This document shows positions 46,141-54,792 of a stretch of DNA of 64,000 bases, one piece after another. Position numbers and translations under genes: made by a program. The stretch is taken from NCBI GenBank assembly GCA_040772685.1, contig JAXGXQ010000007.1, forward strand, positions 18,490 through 82,489, written 5' to 3'. The notes beneath the pieces are model-generated. The model did not search any database. It saw only the letters and a program-made list of their open reading frames with translations, and was not told where the DNA came from. The stretch is from Clostridia bacterium (GTDB lineage: Bacteria > Bacillota > Clostridia > Saccharofermentanales > UBA5734). Position 1 is the first letter of the stretch. Every line of letters begins with the position of its first letter.

Positions 46141-48869
46141 GCTTCAATATCCTCATCTTCCGCTGATTCCTGTGCCGAAGCCGGTTTTTCAGAACCTGCG
46201 TCGAGCCCCTCACTGTAGAGATTGCTCGCGGAACCTTCGTCCCGGGAAGCAGTAGCACTGCCTGCGGCAACTGGTTCTTGCGCGGTGGCTCTCTGCGGCC
46301 GGCCGGTTATCTTGATTTCACCGTCAACTACATCTACAAGGGCTACATCGCCTTCGCCAACCACATTCTCCAACATGGCTTCCGAGAATTGGTCCTCGAC
46401 CATCGACTGGATTACGCGGCGTAAAGGACGGGCACCGTACATCGGATCATAGCCTTTATCGGCCAGCAGTTGTTTGGCTTTGTCAGTTACTTCAAGTCCA
46501 ATTCCCAAATCGGCTACACGTCTGCGGAATGTGCTTAGCATAATGTCAACTATCCGCAATACGGAATCTTTGCTCAGCATGTGGAAGAAAATAATCTCAT
46601 CCACACGGTTGATGAATTCAGGATTGAACGTTTTCTTAAGTTCTTCCATGACCACTTCCTGGGCTTCGTCATAGGTCTTACCGCCATACAGACGGAATTC
46701 TGAAGCTTCGTCACCACGATCACGCGTGGCAGCAGACGGAACGTCAAAGCCAATGCGGCGGCCGGCTGAAGTTGTGATCAGGCGGGCACCAATGTTGGAG
46801 GTCATGATTATAATCGTGTTCCGGAAGTCGACAGTACGGCCCTGGCCGTCAGTCAGGCGGCCGTCTTCCAGAATCTGGAGCAAAGTGTTAAAGACATCAG
46901 GGTGTGCTTTTTCAATTTCGTCGAATAAAACAACCGAGTAGGGTTTGCGGCGAACCTGTTCGGTCAGCTGTCCGCCCTCTTCGTAGCCGACGTAGCCAGG
47001 CGGCGAGCCGATGAGTTTGGAGACGTCGAATTTTTCCATATATTCCGACATATCAACGCGAACCATCGCGTTTTCATCACCAAACATGACTTCAGCCAAG
47101 GCTTTAGCCAGCTCTGTTTTACCAACACCGGTTGTACCCAGGAAGATAAATGAGCCGGTTGGCCGGCTGGGATCTTTGAGCCCCAGGCGTCCGCGCCTGA
47201 TAGCACGGGCGACTGCATGCACTGCTTCATCCTGACCGATAACACGTTTCTGAATTTCAACTTCGAGCGATCTGAGCCGGTCCGCATCACTTTCTGTCAG
47301 TTTGCGTACCGGAATGCCGGTCCAACTGGCAACAATATCTGCAATATTATCGCCGCTAAGTACACGGTTTGCTTCATCCTTGAGTTGGACGTTTTCGGAA
47401 GCTTCAGCAATTTGAGCTTCAAGCCCCTGTTCTTCTTTTAGTAACTCAGCAGCCTTCTCAAACTCTTCGTTGGCAGCAGCCTCTTGCTTAGCCGAACGTA
47501 CAGACGCCAGCTTTTCTTCCAGAGCAATCAGGCTTTCCGGCTTGGCAGAACTGCGCAGACGCAGACGGGAAGCCGCCTCATCAATCAAGTCTATCGCTTT
47601 GTCAGGTAAAAACCTGTCGGTTATGTAACGCACAGAAAGTTTAACTGCAGTCTCAATCGCTTCGTCAGTGATCTCAACAGAGTGGTGCTGTTCGTATTTA
47701 TCCTTCAACCCATGCAGAATCTGGATAGCTTCATCCTCGGAAGGCTCACCGATTGTCACCGGTTGGAAGCGGCGCTCCAGCGCAGCATCCTTTTCAATAT
47801 GTTTGCGGTACTCATCGATTGTAGTGGCACCGACAATCTGCAGTTCACCACGGGTCATTAAGGGCTTAAGAATGTTGGCGGCGTCCATAGAGCCTTCAGC
47901 TGCACCGGCACCGATTATCGTATGAAGCTCGTCGAGAAAGAGGATAACATTTTGAGCCTTAACAGCTTCATCGAGCCCCTTTTTCAATCTTTCTTCAAAC
48001 TCGCCCCGGTATTTTGAACCGGCTACCATGCTCGCCATGTCTACTGAAATAACTCTTTTGTCCCTCAGCAGATCCGGCACATCACCACTGGCGATCTTTT
48101 GGGCCAAACCTTCTGCGATAGCGGTTTTACCGACACCGGGTTCACCAATCAGCACAGGATTGTTTTTTGTGCGGCGGCAGAGAATCTGCATAACGCGCTC
48201 AATTTCCTCTTCCCGGCCGATAATCGGGTCAAAGCGGTCCTCAGCAGCCATGGCTGTCAGGTCACGGCCGAATTTGTCGAGTGTCGGAGTCTTGACACCT
48301 TTGTTTTGACCGCCTTTTTTAGCCATGTTCTGTAAGTTGCTGTTGATATCGTTGATATCAGGGTCAGAGCTGCCAAAAGAAGCCCCTTCACCGGCTTCAT
48401 GATTGGCGGAGCCGCGGAGGCCTTCAGCCACAAGTGTGAAAAGTTTGCGCAGGTCGACACCCAAACCGGACAAAACTCTGGAGGCAACGCTGTCGCCTTC
48501 GCGCAAGATACCCAGAAGCAAGTGCTCCGGTTCAAGCACTGTCTGGTGTACCTTCCGAGCCTCATACACAGCCAGTTCAACAACCCGTCGAGTCCGTGGC
48601 GTGAACATTGAGGAAATTTTTTCCGCGTTCAGCGAGTCATCCTCCTCAACTTCAACCGGTTCTTTACGAGATATCTGGGAAACCGCGGTGTTCAGTTTGT
48701 CCAGAGTCAGACCAAAACTGGCCAAAGCTTCATAGGCCGGGCCATCCTCTTCTGCAGTTATGCCGATGAGGAGATGTTCAGTACCAATATAATCAATGCG
48801 GTAGGCACGTGCTGTCTGATAACTGCGAACCAGTACAGCTCCGGCTCTGTCAGAAAATTGAATCATCAT
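46137..48869 (-). CDS. clpC: ATP-dependent Clp protease ATP-binding subunit ClpC
   Basis: The best start is ATGATG at 48869 (AGAGGTG SD), 910 aa. Clp-N repeats, D1 Walker [13 protein letters not shown]-like linker ([13 protein letters not shown]), D2 Walker [11 protein letters not shown]-terminal low-complexity acidic tail of about 50 aa. Confidence 0.95.
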   Translation of the reverse strand: MMIQFSDRAGAVLVRSYQTARAYRIDYIGTEHLLIGITAEEDGPAYEALASFGLTLDKLNTAVSQISRKEPVEVEEDDSLNAEKISSMFTPRTRRVVELAVYEARKVHQTVLEPEHLLLGILREGDSVASRVLSGLGVDLRKLFTLVAEGLRGSANHEAGEGASFGSSDPDINDINSNLQNMAKKGGQNKGVKTPTLDKFGRDLTAMAAEDRFDPIIGREEEIERVMQILCRRTKNNPVLIGEPGVGKTAIAEGLAQKIASGDVPDLLRDKRVISVDMASMVAGSKYRGEFEERLKKGLDEAVKAQNVILFLDELHTIIGAGAAEGSMDAANILKPLMTRGELQIVGATTIDEYRKHIEKDAALERRFQPVTIGEPSEDEAIQILHGLKDKYEQHHSVEITDEAIETAVKLSVRYITDRFLPDKAIDLIDEAASRLRLRSSAKPESLIALEEKLASVRSAKQEAAANEEFEKAAELLKEEQGLEAQIAEASENVQLKDEANRVLSGDNIADIVASWTGIPVRKLTESDADRLRSLEVEIQKRVIGQDEAVHAVARAIRRGRLGLKDPSRPTGSFIFLGTTGVGKTELAKALAEVMFGDENAMVRVDMSEYMEKFDVSKLIGSPPGYVGYEEGGQLTEQVRRKPYSVVLFDEIEKAHPDVFNTLLQILEDGRLTDGQGRTVDFRNTIIIMTSNIGARLITTSAGRRIGFDVPSAATRDRGDEASEFRLYGGKTYDEAQEVVMEELKKTFNPEFINRVDEIIFFHMLSKDSVLRIVDIMLSTFRRRVADLGIGLEVTDKAKQLLADKGYDPMYGARPLRRVIQSMVEDQFSEAMLENVVGEGDVALVDVVDGEIKITGRPQRATAQEPVAAGSATASRDEGSASNLYSEGLDAGSEKPASAQESAEDEDIEA

Positions 48870-48943
48870 AATATGCACCTCTTTCAAGTATTTCATTATT
48901 CCAAGTCTTTATTATAGATTTAAGACCATATTGTTAAATTTAA

Positions 48944-49969
48944 TCAGGAGCCCAGCAAGTCCCGGATCATGGTCGAACGGGCGATATCGCGTTCATGTGC
49001 ATTCAGTTGACGGCCATTGGCCTTCTGAATGCTTGCCGGACCAATGTTAGCTACTATTCTGTTGAGGGTTTGCGGGGTTACGTCATATAGAATCCCCAGC
49101 GCATTTCCCAGTCGAACGTCAGAAATCAGCTTCTGGGCTTCCTCTGTTGTCATCAGCCGGGCATTCCGCAATGTTGCCAAAGCTCTCCGGGCGCGATCCT
49201 CAATTTCGATCGGTTGCTGTTGATACAGCTTTTGTCGCGCTTCGCGCTCTTGCTCAATTAATTGCTGGACTATCCGGGTTAAGTCTGAAAGCAGATCTTC
49301 TTCGGAAAGTCCCAGGGTTAACTGGTTGGAAATCTGGAACAGGTTACCTCCGGCCTTACTGCCTTCACCATATTGTCCGCGAACTGTAAACCCCATTTTC
49401 CCCAGGCCTTCCAGAAGCGGGCGAATACTGCCAATCTGGACCAGCCCCGGTAAATGGGCCATTACCGAAGCGCGCATTCCTGTGCCTGTATTTGTTGGAC
49501 AGGCTGTCAGAAAACCATATTGTTCGCTATAAGCCAGAGGCAGCGACTCCTCAAGCGACAAAGCAACTATGTATGCTTCACGGTAAGCATTCTGCAAATC
49601 AAACCCGGCTTTCATCGACTGAATCCGAATGTGGTCCTCTTCGTTGATCATCAGCGAAAAAGATTCATCCCGGCTGATAATGGCGCGGCCGCTCTCAGTC
49701 CGCTGTGCCAAAGCTTCGCTGATCAGGCGTTTTTCTACCAGCGATTCACGATCCTCAACGGGTAAACAAGACAAATCCAGTTCCAGAAAATCGCGCTTGC
49801 GCTCTTTATTTTTTCGGAAAAAAGCAGATGTTATTTCCGTTGCCACTTCCGCCGATTGTGCTTTGTCCATTTTGTGCGGAAAGGGATAGCGGGTCAGATT
49901 ACGAGCCAACCGCACTCTGCTGCTGATAATTACATCGCTGTCGGGACCTTGATCGATATACCACGTCAT
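48944..49969 (-). CDS. mcsB: Protein arginine kinase McsB
   Basis: 341 aa. Guanidino-kinase fold motifs (VIISSRVRLARNLTRYPFP...NEEDHIRIQ...LTACPTNTGTGMRASVM). Confidence 0.94.
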   Translation of the reverse strand: MTWYIDQGPDSDVIISSRVRLARNLTRYPFPHKMDKAQSAEVATEITSAFFRKNKERKRDFLELDLSCLPVEDRESLVEKRLISEALAQRTESGRAIISRDESFSLMINEEDHIRIQSMKAGFDLQNAYREAYIVALSLEESLPLAYSEQYGFLTACPTNTGTGMRASVMAHLPGLVQIGSIRPLLEGLGKMGFTVRGQYGEGSKAGGNLFQISNQLTLGLSEEDLLSDLTRIVQQLIEQEREARQKLYQQQPIEIEDRARRALATLRNARLMTTEEAQKLISDVRLGNALGILYDVTPQTLNRIVANIGPASIQKANGRQLNAHERDIARSTMIRDLLGS

Positions 49970-50583
49970 AACGATGCCTCCTGTTCTCCTTCAGCTGCGG
50001 AATTATTCTGTTTTCCGCCGGTGTCGGAGCTGTCTGTTTCCTGTTGATCACAAAGCCGGGCTTCTAAAGCATGTATTTCATCCCTCAGACGCGCAGCCTC
50101 TTCGTATTCCTCGCGTTTCACCGCAGCGGCCAGGCTTTTCCGCAGCTCTGCGGTTTTTGTCTTAAGAATAATTTGCTCTTTAGATTCCGGGGTTTCACAG
50201 ACTGTGCGGCCAACATGGCGGGTACCGCCTTGAACACGGCGCAGCACTGGGTCCAGTTTTTCACGGAAGGTATCGTAGCACTGGGCACAGCCAAACAGTC
50301 CGGATTTGCGGAAACCTTCAAAGGTTGTGCCGCAATTTGGGCAAACCAGCTGACTGCCGGAAATTGTCCCCGTACCGCCAAAGGCCGGAATACCGCCGGT
50401 AGTGTTGAAGATACTGCCGCCAAAAATACCGCTTGGGAAAAACGGCGAAAAACTTTGGAACTGAGAATTCATGCCGATGTCATGCGCGCAGGCCTGACAA
50501 AGGTTTTGCTCAGTTTGCTCGCCGTTAATATTTTGTGATATGTGTACTGATGCTTCATTTTGCTGGCAGCGATCACATTTCAT
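49966..50583 (-). CDS. mcsA: McsA (zinc-finger/UVR-domain activator of McsB)
   Basis: 205 aa: MKCDRCQQNEA...CQAC...CPNCG...CAQCY and a UVR motif (EEYEEAARLRDEI). ATGA overlap with mcsB. Confidence 0.9.
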   Translation of the reverse strand: MKCDRCQQNEASVHISQNINGEQTEQNLCQACAHDIGMNSQFQSFSPFFPSGIFGGSIFNTTGGIPAFGGTGTISGSQLVCPNCGTTFEGFRKSGLFGCAQCYDTFREKLDPVLRRVQGGTRHVGRTVCETPESKEQIILKTKTAELRKSLAAAVKREEYEEAARLRDEIHALEARLCDQQETDSSDTGGKQNNSAAEGEQEASL

Positions 50584-50608
50584 ACTGTGTTTCTCCTAAC
50601 TTTTTTGA

Positions 50609-51088
50609 TTACTGGCTGGCATTCAAGTCACGGACTATCAAGCTTGTCAGCATGTGTTTTAATATGTTCAAGCGCAAGCGGTCGCGGTTTTCAATATCAA
50701 TTATAGCTAGCGACCGGTCAGATATGGCAGCGTTGATTAAACGAGCTTCCCGCAGGCTGATCAGTTTCTGATCGAGCAGATTGCGAAGCAAGATATCTGC
50801 CTGATTCTGCGATAAAGTGTTGCCAAGATGTCGCAGAGTATGGATGAGAAAACTGTCTGCTGTAGGAAGTTCAACCCGGCGAATCCGGATCATACCGCCG
50901 CCACCGCGTCTGCTTTCCACCAAATACCCTTGCCCGCAACTGAACCTGGTTGAAAGAACATATGTTATTTGTGATGGTACACAATTTACCTGTTCCGCCA
51001 GCTCACCGCGGGTGATTTCCACCATCCCGTCGTTTTCCTCGATCATTTGCTTGATTAGAGTTTCAATTAAATCACTGATTCGAGCCAT
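50609..51088 (-). CDS. ctsR: Class III stress-gene repressor CtsR
   Basis: 159 aa: ISDLIETLIKQMIE...CVPSQITYVLSTRF...GYLVESRRGGGGMIRI, with a glycine-rich loop typical of CtsR. Confidence 0.95.
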   Translation of the reverse strand: MARISDLIETLIKQMIEENDGMVEITRGELAEQVNCVPSQITYVLSTRFSCGQGYLVESRRGGGGMIRIRRVELPTADSFLIHTLRHLGNTLSQNQADILLRNLLDQKLISLREARLINAAISDRSLAIIDIENRDRLRLNILKHMLTSLIVRDLNASQ

Positions 51089-51163
51089 AGGCTGTTCCTC
51101 CTCTCCGCAAAAAAATTCACCCTTGAGGTGTATTTCTATCTAAATATTTATCTTTGTCATTTT

Positions 51164-51188
51164 GTCTTTGACTTTGACTATCTTTGAT
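51164..51188 (-). promoter_or_regulatory. CtsR operator (tandem GTCAAA repeats)
   Basis: Minus strand reads cATCAAA-GAT-AGTCAAA-GTCAAAGAC. It matches the CtsR box (A/G)GTCAAA-NAN-(A/G)GTCAAA with one mismatch plus a third repeat. Lies just downstream of the -10. Confidence 0.8.
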
Positions 51189-51200
51189 GTTCACTATTCT

Positions 51201-51228
51201 ATTATAACCTATTCATTTTTCTCGTCAA
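51201..51228 (-). promoter_or_regulatory. Sigma-A promoter of the ctsR-clpC operon (TTGACG-16-TATAAT)
   Basis: Minus strand reads TTGACG (51228-51223), a 16-nt spacer, then TATAAT (51206-51201). Confidence 0.65.
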
Positions 51229-51380
51229 GCAATGAACAGAAAATATTAAGCGGTTTAAGTTTGAAAACCGCAGGATTAATCTACAGTCTGGCTGAGTTAA
51301 CAAGAAACGGCAGACGATCGTTCATAATTCGCATATGCTATAATTGAATACACTTTTGAGCATTTATTGGAGAAGAAATT

Positions 51381-53000
51381 TTGAAAAACCGTAAAGAAAT
51401 AAACCAGGCGGGACGTGAACTGCAAGGGCGGCGGCTTATCTGGTCATTAATATTACTGGCAGTGATTCTGATCATTCTGGTAGCGGCCTTCTGGGTTATT
51501 CGCCCCTTGCTGCTGGCCAGCCTGCCTGCCGAGGAACAGACTTCTACAGGTGATCAACAAACAATATCAACTGTTACTGCTGGAGTCACACCTACAGAGA
51601 CAGCTGCCAGTGCAGGGGAACGTCCAGCCGGTGAGCTTGCGGCCTTACCTGCTGCAGCTTTTGAGAACGGCAGTACCATAACTGTTGGTGTCAGTGACGC
51701 TTTCGGTCAGATAAACCCTTTATATGCTGGCGGTGACGCCGACCAGGATGCTGTTGCCTTAATTTTCGAACCTTTGCTGCGCATCGACTCAAAGGGTGAG
51801 CTTGAATATATCTTGGCTGCAAGTATTGAACCTGATCTACCAGCCCGCAAACTCAAGCTCAAGCTGAAGCCGGACCACACCTGGCGTGATGGCAGTGTGG
51901 TTAATGCTGCTGATGTGGTGTTTACCTATAACTGCCTGCTGTCACCTTCGTATGACGGTCCACTGGCAGGACGATTTACGGACATCATTGCTGTTGAGGC
52001 AGTTGATGCTGCAGACAACGCTGCAATTGTCATGACTTTCGCGACAGATATAACAGACTTTGACTACAGTCTGCTGACTGTAGGAATCCTGAAGCATGAT
52101 TACTACGAGGTTCCTACTGACCGCGTTTATGAAATGGGACGCCGGAAACAGACGCCTGAAGGCAGCGGCCCATATGAATGGCTTGCTGACGGCAATGGGA
52201 AAAGGCTGTTGGGTCTGCGTGAAGGATATGCCGGCGAGATTAAAAAAATTGAGCAGCTTCATGTCGCTGCCGACGAAAAATATCCACTGTTGGAAGCTGG
52301 CGCTCTTGATATAGTCCGGCACGATTGGAATGAACGCATCAAGTCACGCATTGGCCGCCTGCCTGCCTATGCTTATTATGATTCATTACGGGCAGACCAG
52401 TATCTGCTGATCACACCAGAACCGGCGCAAAACGGACTTTCTGACGATCGGGAATACCTTGCTGCGTTACTGGCAACAGCAAGCGGCCAGAAAATTATGC
52501 CAACCCAAATAACGGATTCAGCAGAAACGGCAGCTACTGATCAAACAATGTTTGCAGCAGGTAAAGGTGATACTGCGCCAGCGGTTAAACTGGCTTATTT
52601 TGAGGGGATTGAAGATACCGTCAGCAAACAGCAGGCAGCTAATGCCGCATTAATTAAACGGCGCTTGGAAGCAGGCGGGTACTCAGTTGAGTTGCAGCCG
52701 GTTTCCTGGCCAGAGTTGGCAAACAGGGCTTCACTTGGCACTTATCAGCTCTTGTTGTTGCCAGCGGCAACAGATAACCGTCTTCCCCGGGGAATCAATT
52801 TAAAATCAAATCGTGACAGCCAATTCGTTAATGCTGCAATAGCTTTTGAGCAGCCTGAGATCATTCTGGTCAGTTCACGCCTTAGCGGCCTGACGTTCAA
52901 CCGCAACGGCATGCCTTTTTCCACTTCTCCATTAACCTTCACTGATCATTTGGCTGATGTGCGCCTGCTTGATGCCGCAGGCAATCACCTGATTAATTAA
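51381..53000 (+). CDS. Family-5 (peptide/nickel/opine-type) ABC substrate-binding protein, N-terminally membrane-anchored, no adjacent permease or ATPase
   Basis: 539 aa. TTG start (GGAGAAG 5 nt upstream). N-terminal TM LIWSLILLAVILIILVAAFWVI, Thr-rich linker, then an SBP_bac_5-like region (ITVGVSDAFGQINPLYAGGDADQDAVALIFEPLLRIDSKGE...KPDHTWRDGSVVNAADVVFTY). Confidence 0.75.
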   Translation: MKNRKEINQAGRELQGRRLIWSLILLAVILIILVAAFWVIRPLLLASLPAEEQTSTGDQQTISTVTAGVTPTETAASAGERPAGELAALPAAAFENGSTITVGVSDAFGQINPLYAGGDADQDAVALIFEPLLRIDSKGELEYILAASIEPDLPARKLKLKLKPDHTWRDGSVVNAADVVFTYNCLLSPSYDGPLAGRFTDIIAVEAVDAADNAAIVMTFATDITDFDYSLLTVGILKHDYYEVPTDRVYEMGRRKQTPEGSGPYEWLADGNGKRLLGLREGYAGEIKKIEQLHVAADEKYPLLEAGALDIVRHDWNERIKSRIGRLPAYAYYDSLRADQYLLITPEPAQNGLSDDREYLAALLATASGQKIMPTQITDSAETAATDQTMFAAGKGDTAPAVKLAYFEGIEDTVSKQQAANAALIKRRLEAGGYSVELQPVSWPELANRASLGTYQLLLLPAATDNRLPRGINLKSNRDSQFVNAAIAFEQPEIILVSSRLSGLTFNRNGMPFSTSPLTFTDHLADVRLLDAAGNHLIN

Positions 53001-53053
53001 CCTTTGCCGCACAGCATTGTCAGTGCGGCCTGACTAACCGGAGGGCAAACTAA

Positions 53054-54316
53054 ATGAATCGCGCTGAATTTCGTTCCCTGATCTGGAATAAACCTCTGAT
53101 TCTGGATGGTGCCACTGGCACCTGGCTGCAAGAGCATGGCCTGACACCGGGTTGCTGCCCGACCACCTGGCTGCTGGAAAATCCTGAACCGCTGACTGAA
53201 CTTCAGACAAGCTATTATGCCAACGGCGCTGATATTGTGTTGGCATTTTCCTTTGGAGCCAACCGCTTCAAACTCAACAGCCAGACACTCGCCACAACTT
53301 CAGTCGCTGCTGTTAACCAGCAGGTGGCGGCAATTTCACTTGCGGTCCGTGACGCTTGTATGGCCAGCTCAGGGAGAAACCTATATGTTGCTGGTGATCT
53401 GGCACCAACTGGTGAATTTCTTTACCCGGCAGGTGATTTAAAATTTGAGGAGTTAGTGAATGTATATGGCGAGCAGGTAGATGGCCTGCTGACTGCAGGT
53501 GTAGATCTATTTATTGTTGAAACCATGATCGACCTGGCTCAAACCAGAGCTGCTGTGCTGGCTGTGCGTGATCGTTGCGATCTGCCGGTGATCGCTTCCC
53601 TGACTTTAGGTGAAAATGGCCGGACTTTGTCAGGCGATTTGCCTCTGGCGGCATTACTTTCCCTACAAGCCGCCGGAGCTGATGCTTTTGGCTTTAACTG
53701 TTCATTCGGACCAGACAAACTGGCGGAAATATTGCTGCCTTTGCTGGCTGAATCGAATCTGCCTTTACTGCTAAAGCCTAATGCCGGTTTGCCGGCTCTG
53801 ATAGATGGTAAAACTGTATTTCCACTATCAGCTCAAGCCTTCGCCATCGCTATGCGGCCGGCGGCGGTTGCCGGTGTCCGCCTGCTGGGTGGTTGCTGTG
53901 GCAGCGGTCCAGAACATATACGTCATTTAAGCGAAATGGTTTGCTCTTTATCCCCTCCAGCTTTTGAACCATTGCCTCCGGATACCAGAATCTGCTCCTC
54001 CCGTTCCGTAATTGATCTTACTGATCTTGGTCAGCTGACTGTGCTTGAGGTGCGAGACCCAACTGATCTGGTGGACGATCTCCTTACAGTTGCTGAAGAC
54101 GAGCCCGAGGGTATTTGGCTTGATTTTCGCAGCCTTGAGACAACAGATTATGAGCAGATTCTTTTAGCTATGGCTGAACTGAGCATGTCAGTGACCCAGC
54201 CGTTGGCTTTTAGCGGACCTGATGATCTGATTCAACGGTTATTGAGGCAATATCCAGGCAGGGCAGCCATCTATGGGCAGCCCGCACCGCCTGTGCTTGA
54301 TCCGCTCGTGCTTTAA
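53054..54316 (+). CDS. Homocysteine S-methyltransferase-domain protein (MetH N-terminal-like) with a short, degenerate pterin-binding-like C-terminal segment
   Basis: 420 aa: ILDGATGTWLQEHG...GADIVLAFSFGAN...FIVETMID...GFNCSFGP...LLGGCCGSGPEHI (Zn-Cys triad pattern). The last ~120 aa (GIWLDFRSLE...QPLAFSGPDDLIQRLLRQYPGRAAIYG) resemble only the first part of a MetH pterin barrel. Confidence 0.75.
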   Translation: MNRAEFRSLIWNKPLILDGATGTWLQEHGLTPGCCPTTWLLENPEPLTELQTSYYANGADIVLAFSFGANRFKLNSQTLATTSVAAVNQQVAAISLAVRDACMASSGRNLYVAGDLAPTGEFLYPAGDLKFEELVNVYGEQVDGLLTAGVDLFIVETMIDLAQTRAAVLAVRDRCDLPVIASLTLGENGRTLSGDLPLAALLSLQAAGADAFGFNCSFGPDKLAEILLPLLAESNLPLLLKPNAGLPALIDGKTVFPLSAQAFAIAMRPAAVAGVRLLGGCCGSGPEHIRHLSEMVCSLSPPAFEPLPPDTRICSSRSVIDLTDLGQLTVLEVRDPTDLVDDLLTVAEDEPEGIWLDFRSLETTDYEQILLAMAELSMSVTQPLAFSGPDDLIQRLLRQYPGRAAIYGQPAPPVLDPLVL

Positions 54317-54407
54317 TATTATATTGTACTGATTCGCTACATTTGTTTGTCTTGTGACAAAATGCGACATATGATAGGCCCGATCAATTCCGCACGGAGG
54401 GCCTGTC

Positions 54408-54737
54408 ATGCTACTGCCGCAGCGGCTCAAGCAACTGCGTCTGGAAAACGACTTGACACAGGAGGGCTTGGCCAAGCATCTGCCGATAAATCGTGGCACT
54501 TATGCCCACTATGAGCTGGGCAAGCGTCAGCCTGACCTTGAAACACTTGTTCGTATTGCTGTTTTTTATAATGTCTCCACCGATTATCTCCTGGGACTGA
54601 CAGACCTGCCGGTCTCAGCCCAAACGCTGATTAATTATTGTCAGAAACTGTCAAATGAATATCCTGCCAGTAAAGAACGTGGCGAACTTGTGGCAGATTT
54701 AAATAAACATCACCCCGAAAAGCCTAAAGAAAATTAA
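54408..54737 (+). CDS. XRE-family helix-turn-helix transcriptional regulator
   Basis: 109 aa: LKQLRLENDLTQEGLAKHLPINRGTYAHYELGKRQPDLETLVRIAVFYNVSTDYLLG, a canonical HTH_XRE. GGAGGG SD. Confidence 0.88.
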   Translation: MLLPQRLKQLRLENDLTQEGLAKHLPINRGTYAHYELGKRQPDLETLVRIAVFYNVSTDYLLGLTDLPVSAQTLINYCQKLSNEYPASKERGELVADLNKHHPEKPKEN

Positions 54738-54765
54738 AGGGCAGTCTTTTTTGCAAGACTGCCCT
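54738..54765. terminator. Bidirectional rho-independent terminator between the XRE gene (+) and rpoC (-)
   Basis: Perfect 11-bp stem AGGGCAGTCTT/AAGACTGCCCT with a 6-nt loop. T-rich runs follow it on both strands (CTGTTTTGT on plus, TTTAATTTTC on minus). Confidence 0.8.
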
Positions 54766-54792
54766 CTGTTTTGTACTTGTTTACAGCTGTTT

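Noticed and set aside
51162-51347. 61-aa plus-strand ORF in the ctsR/SBP intergenic region.
   Set aside because: It is AT-rich, has no SD, and overlaps the CtsR operator and both promoters. Its sequence is low-complexity.
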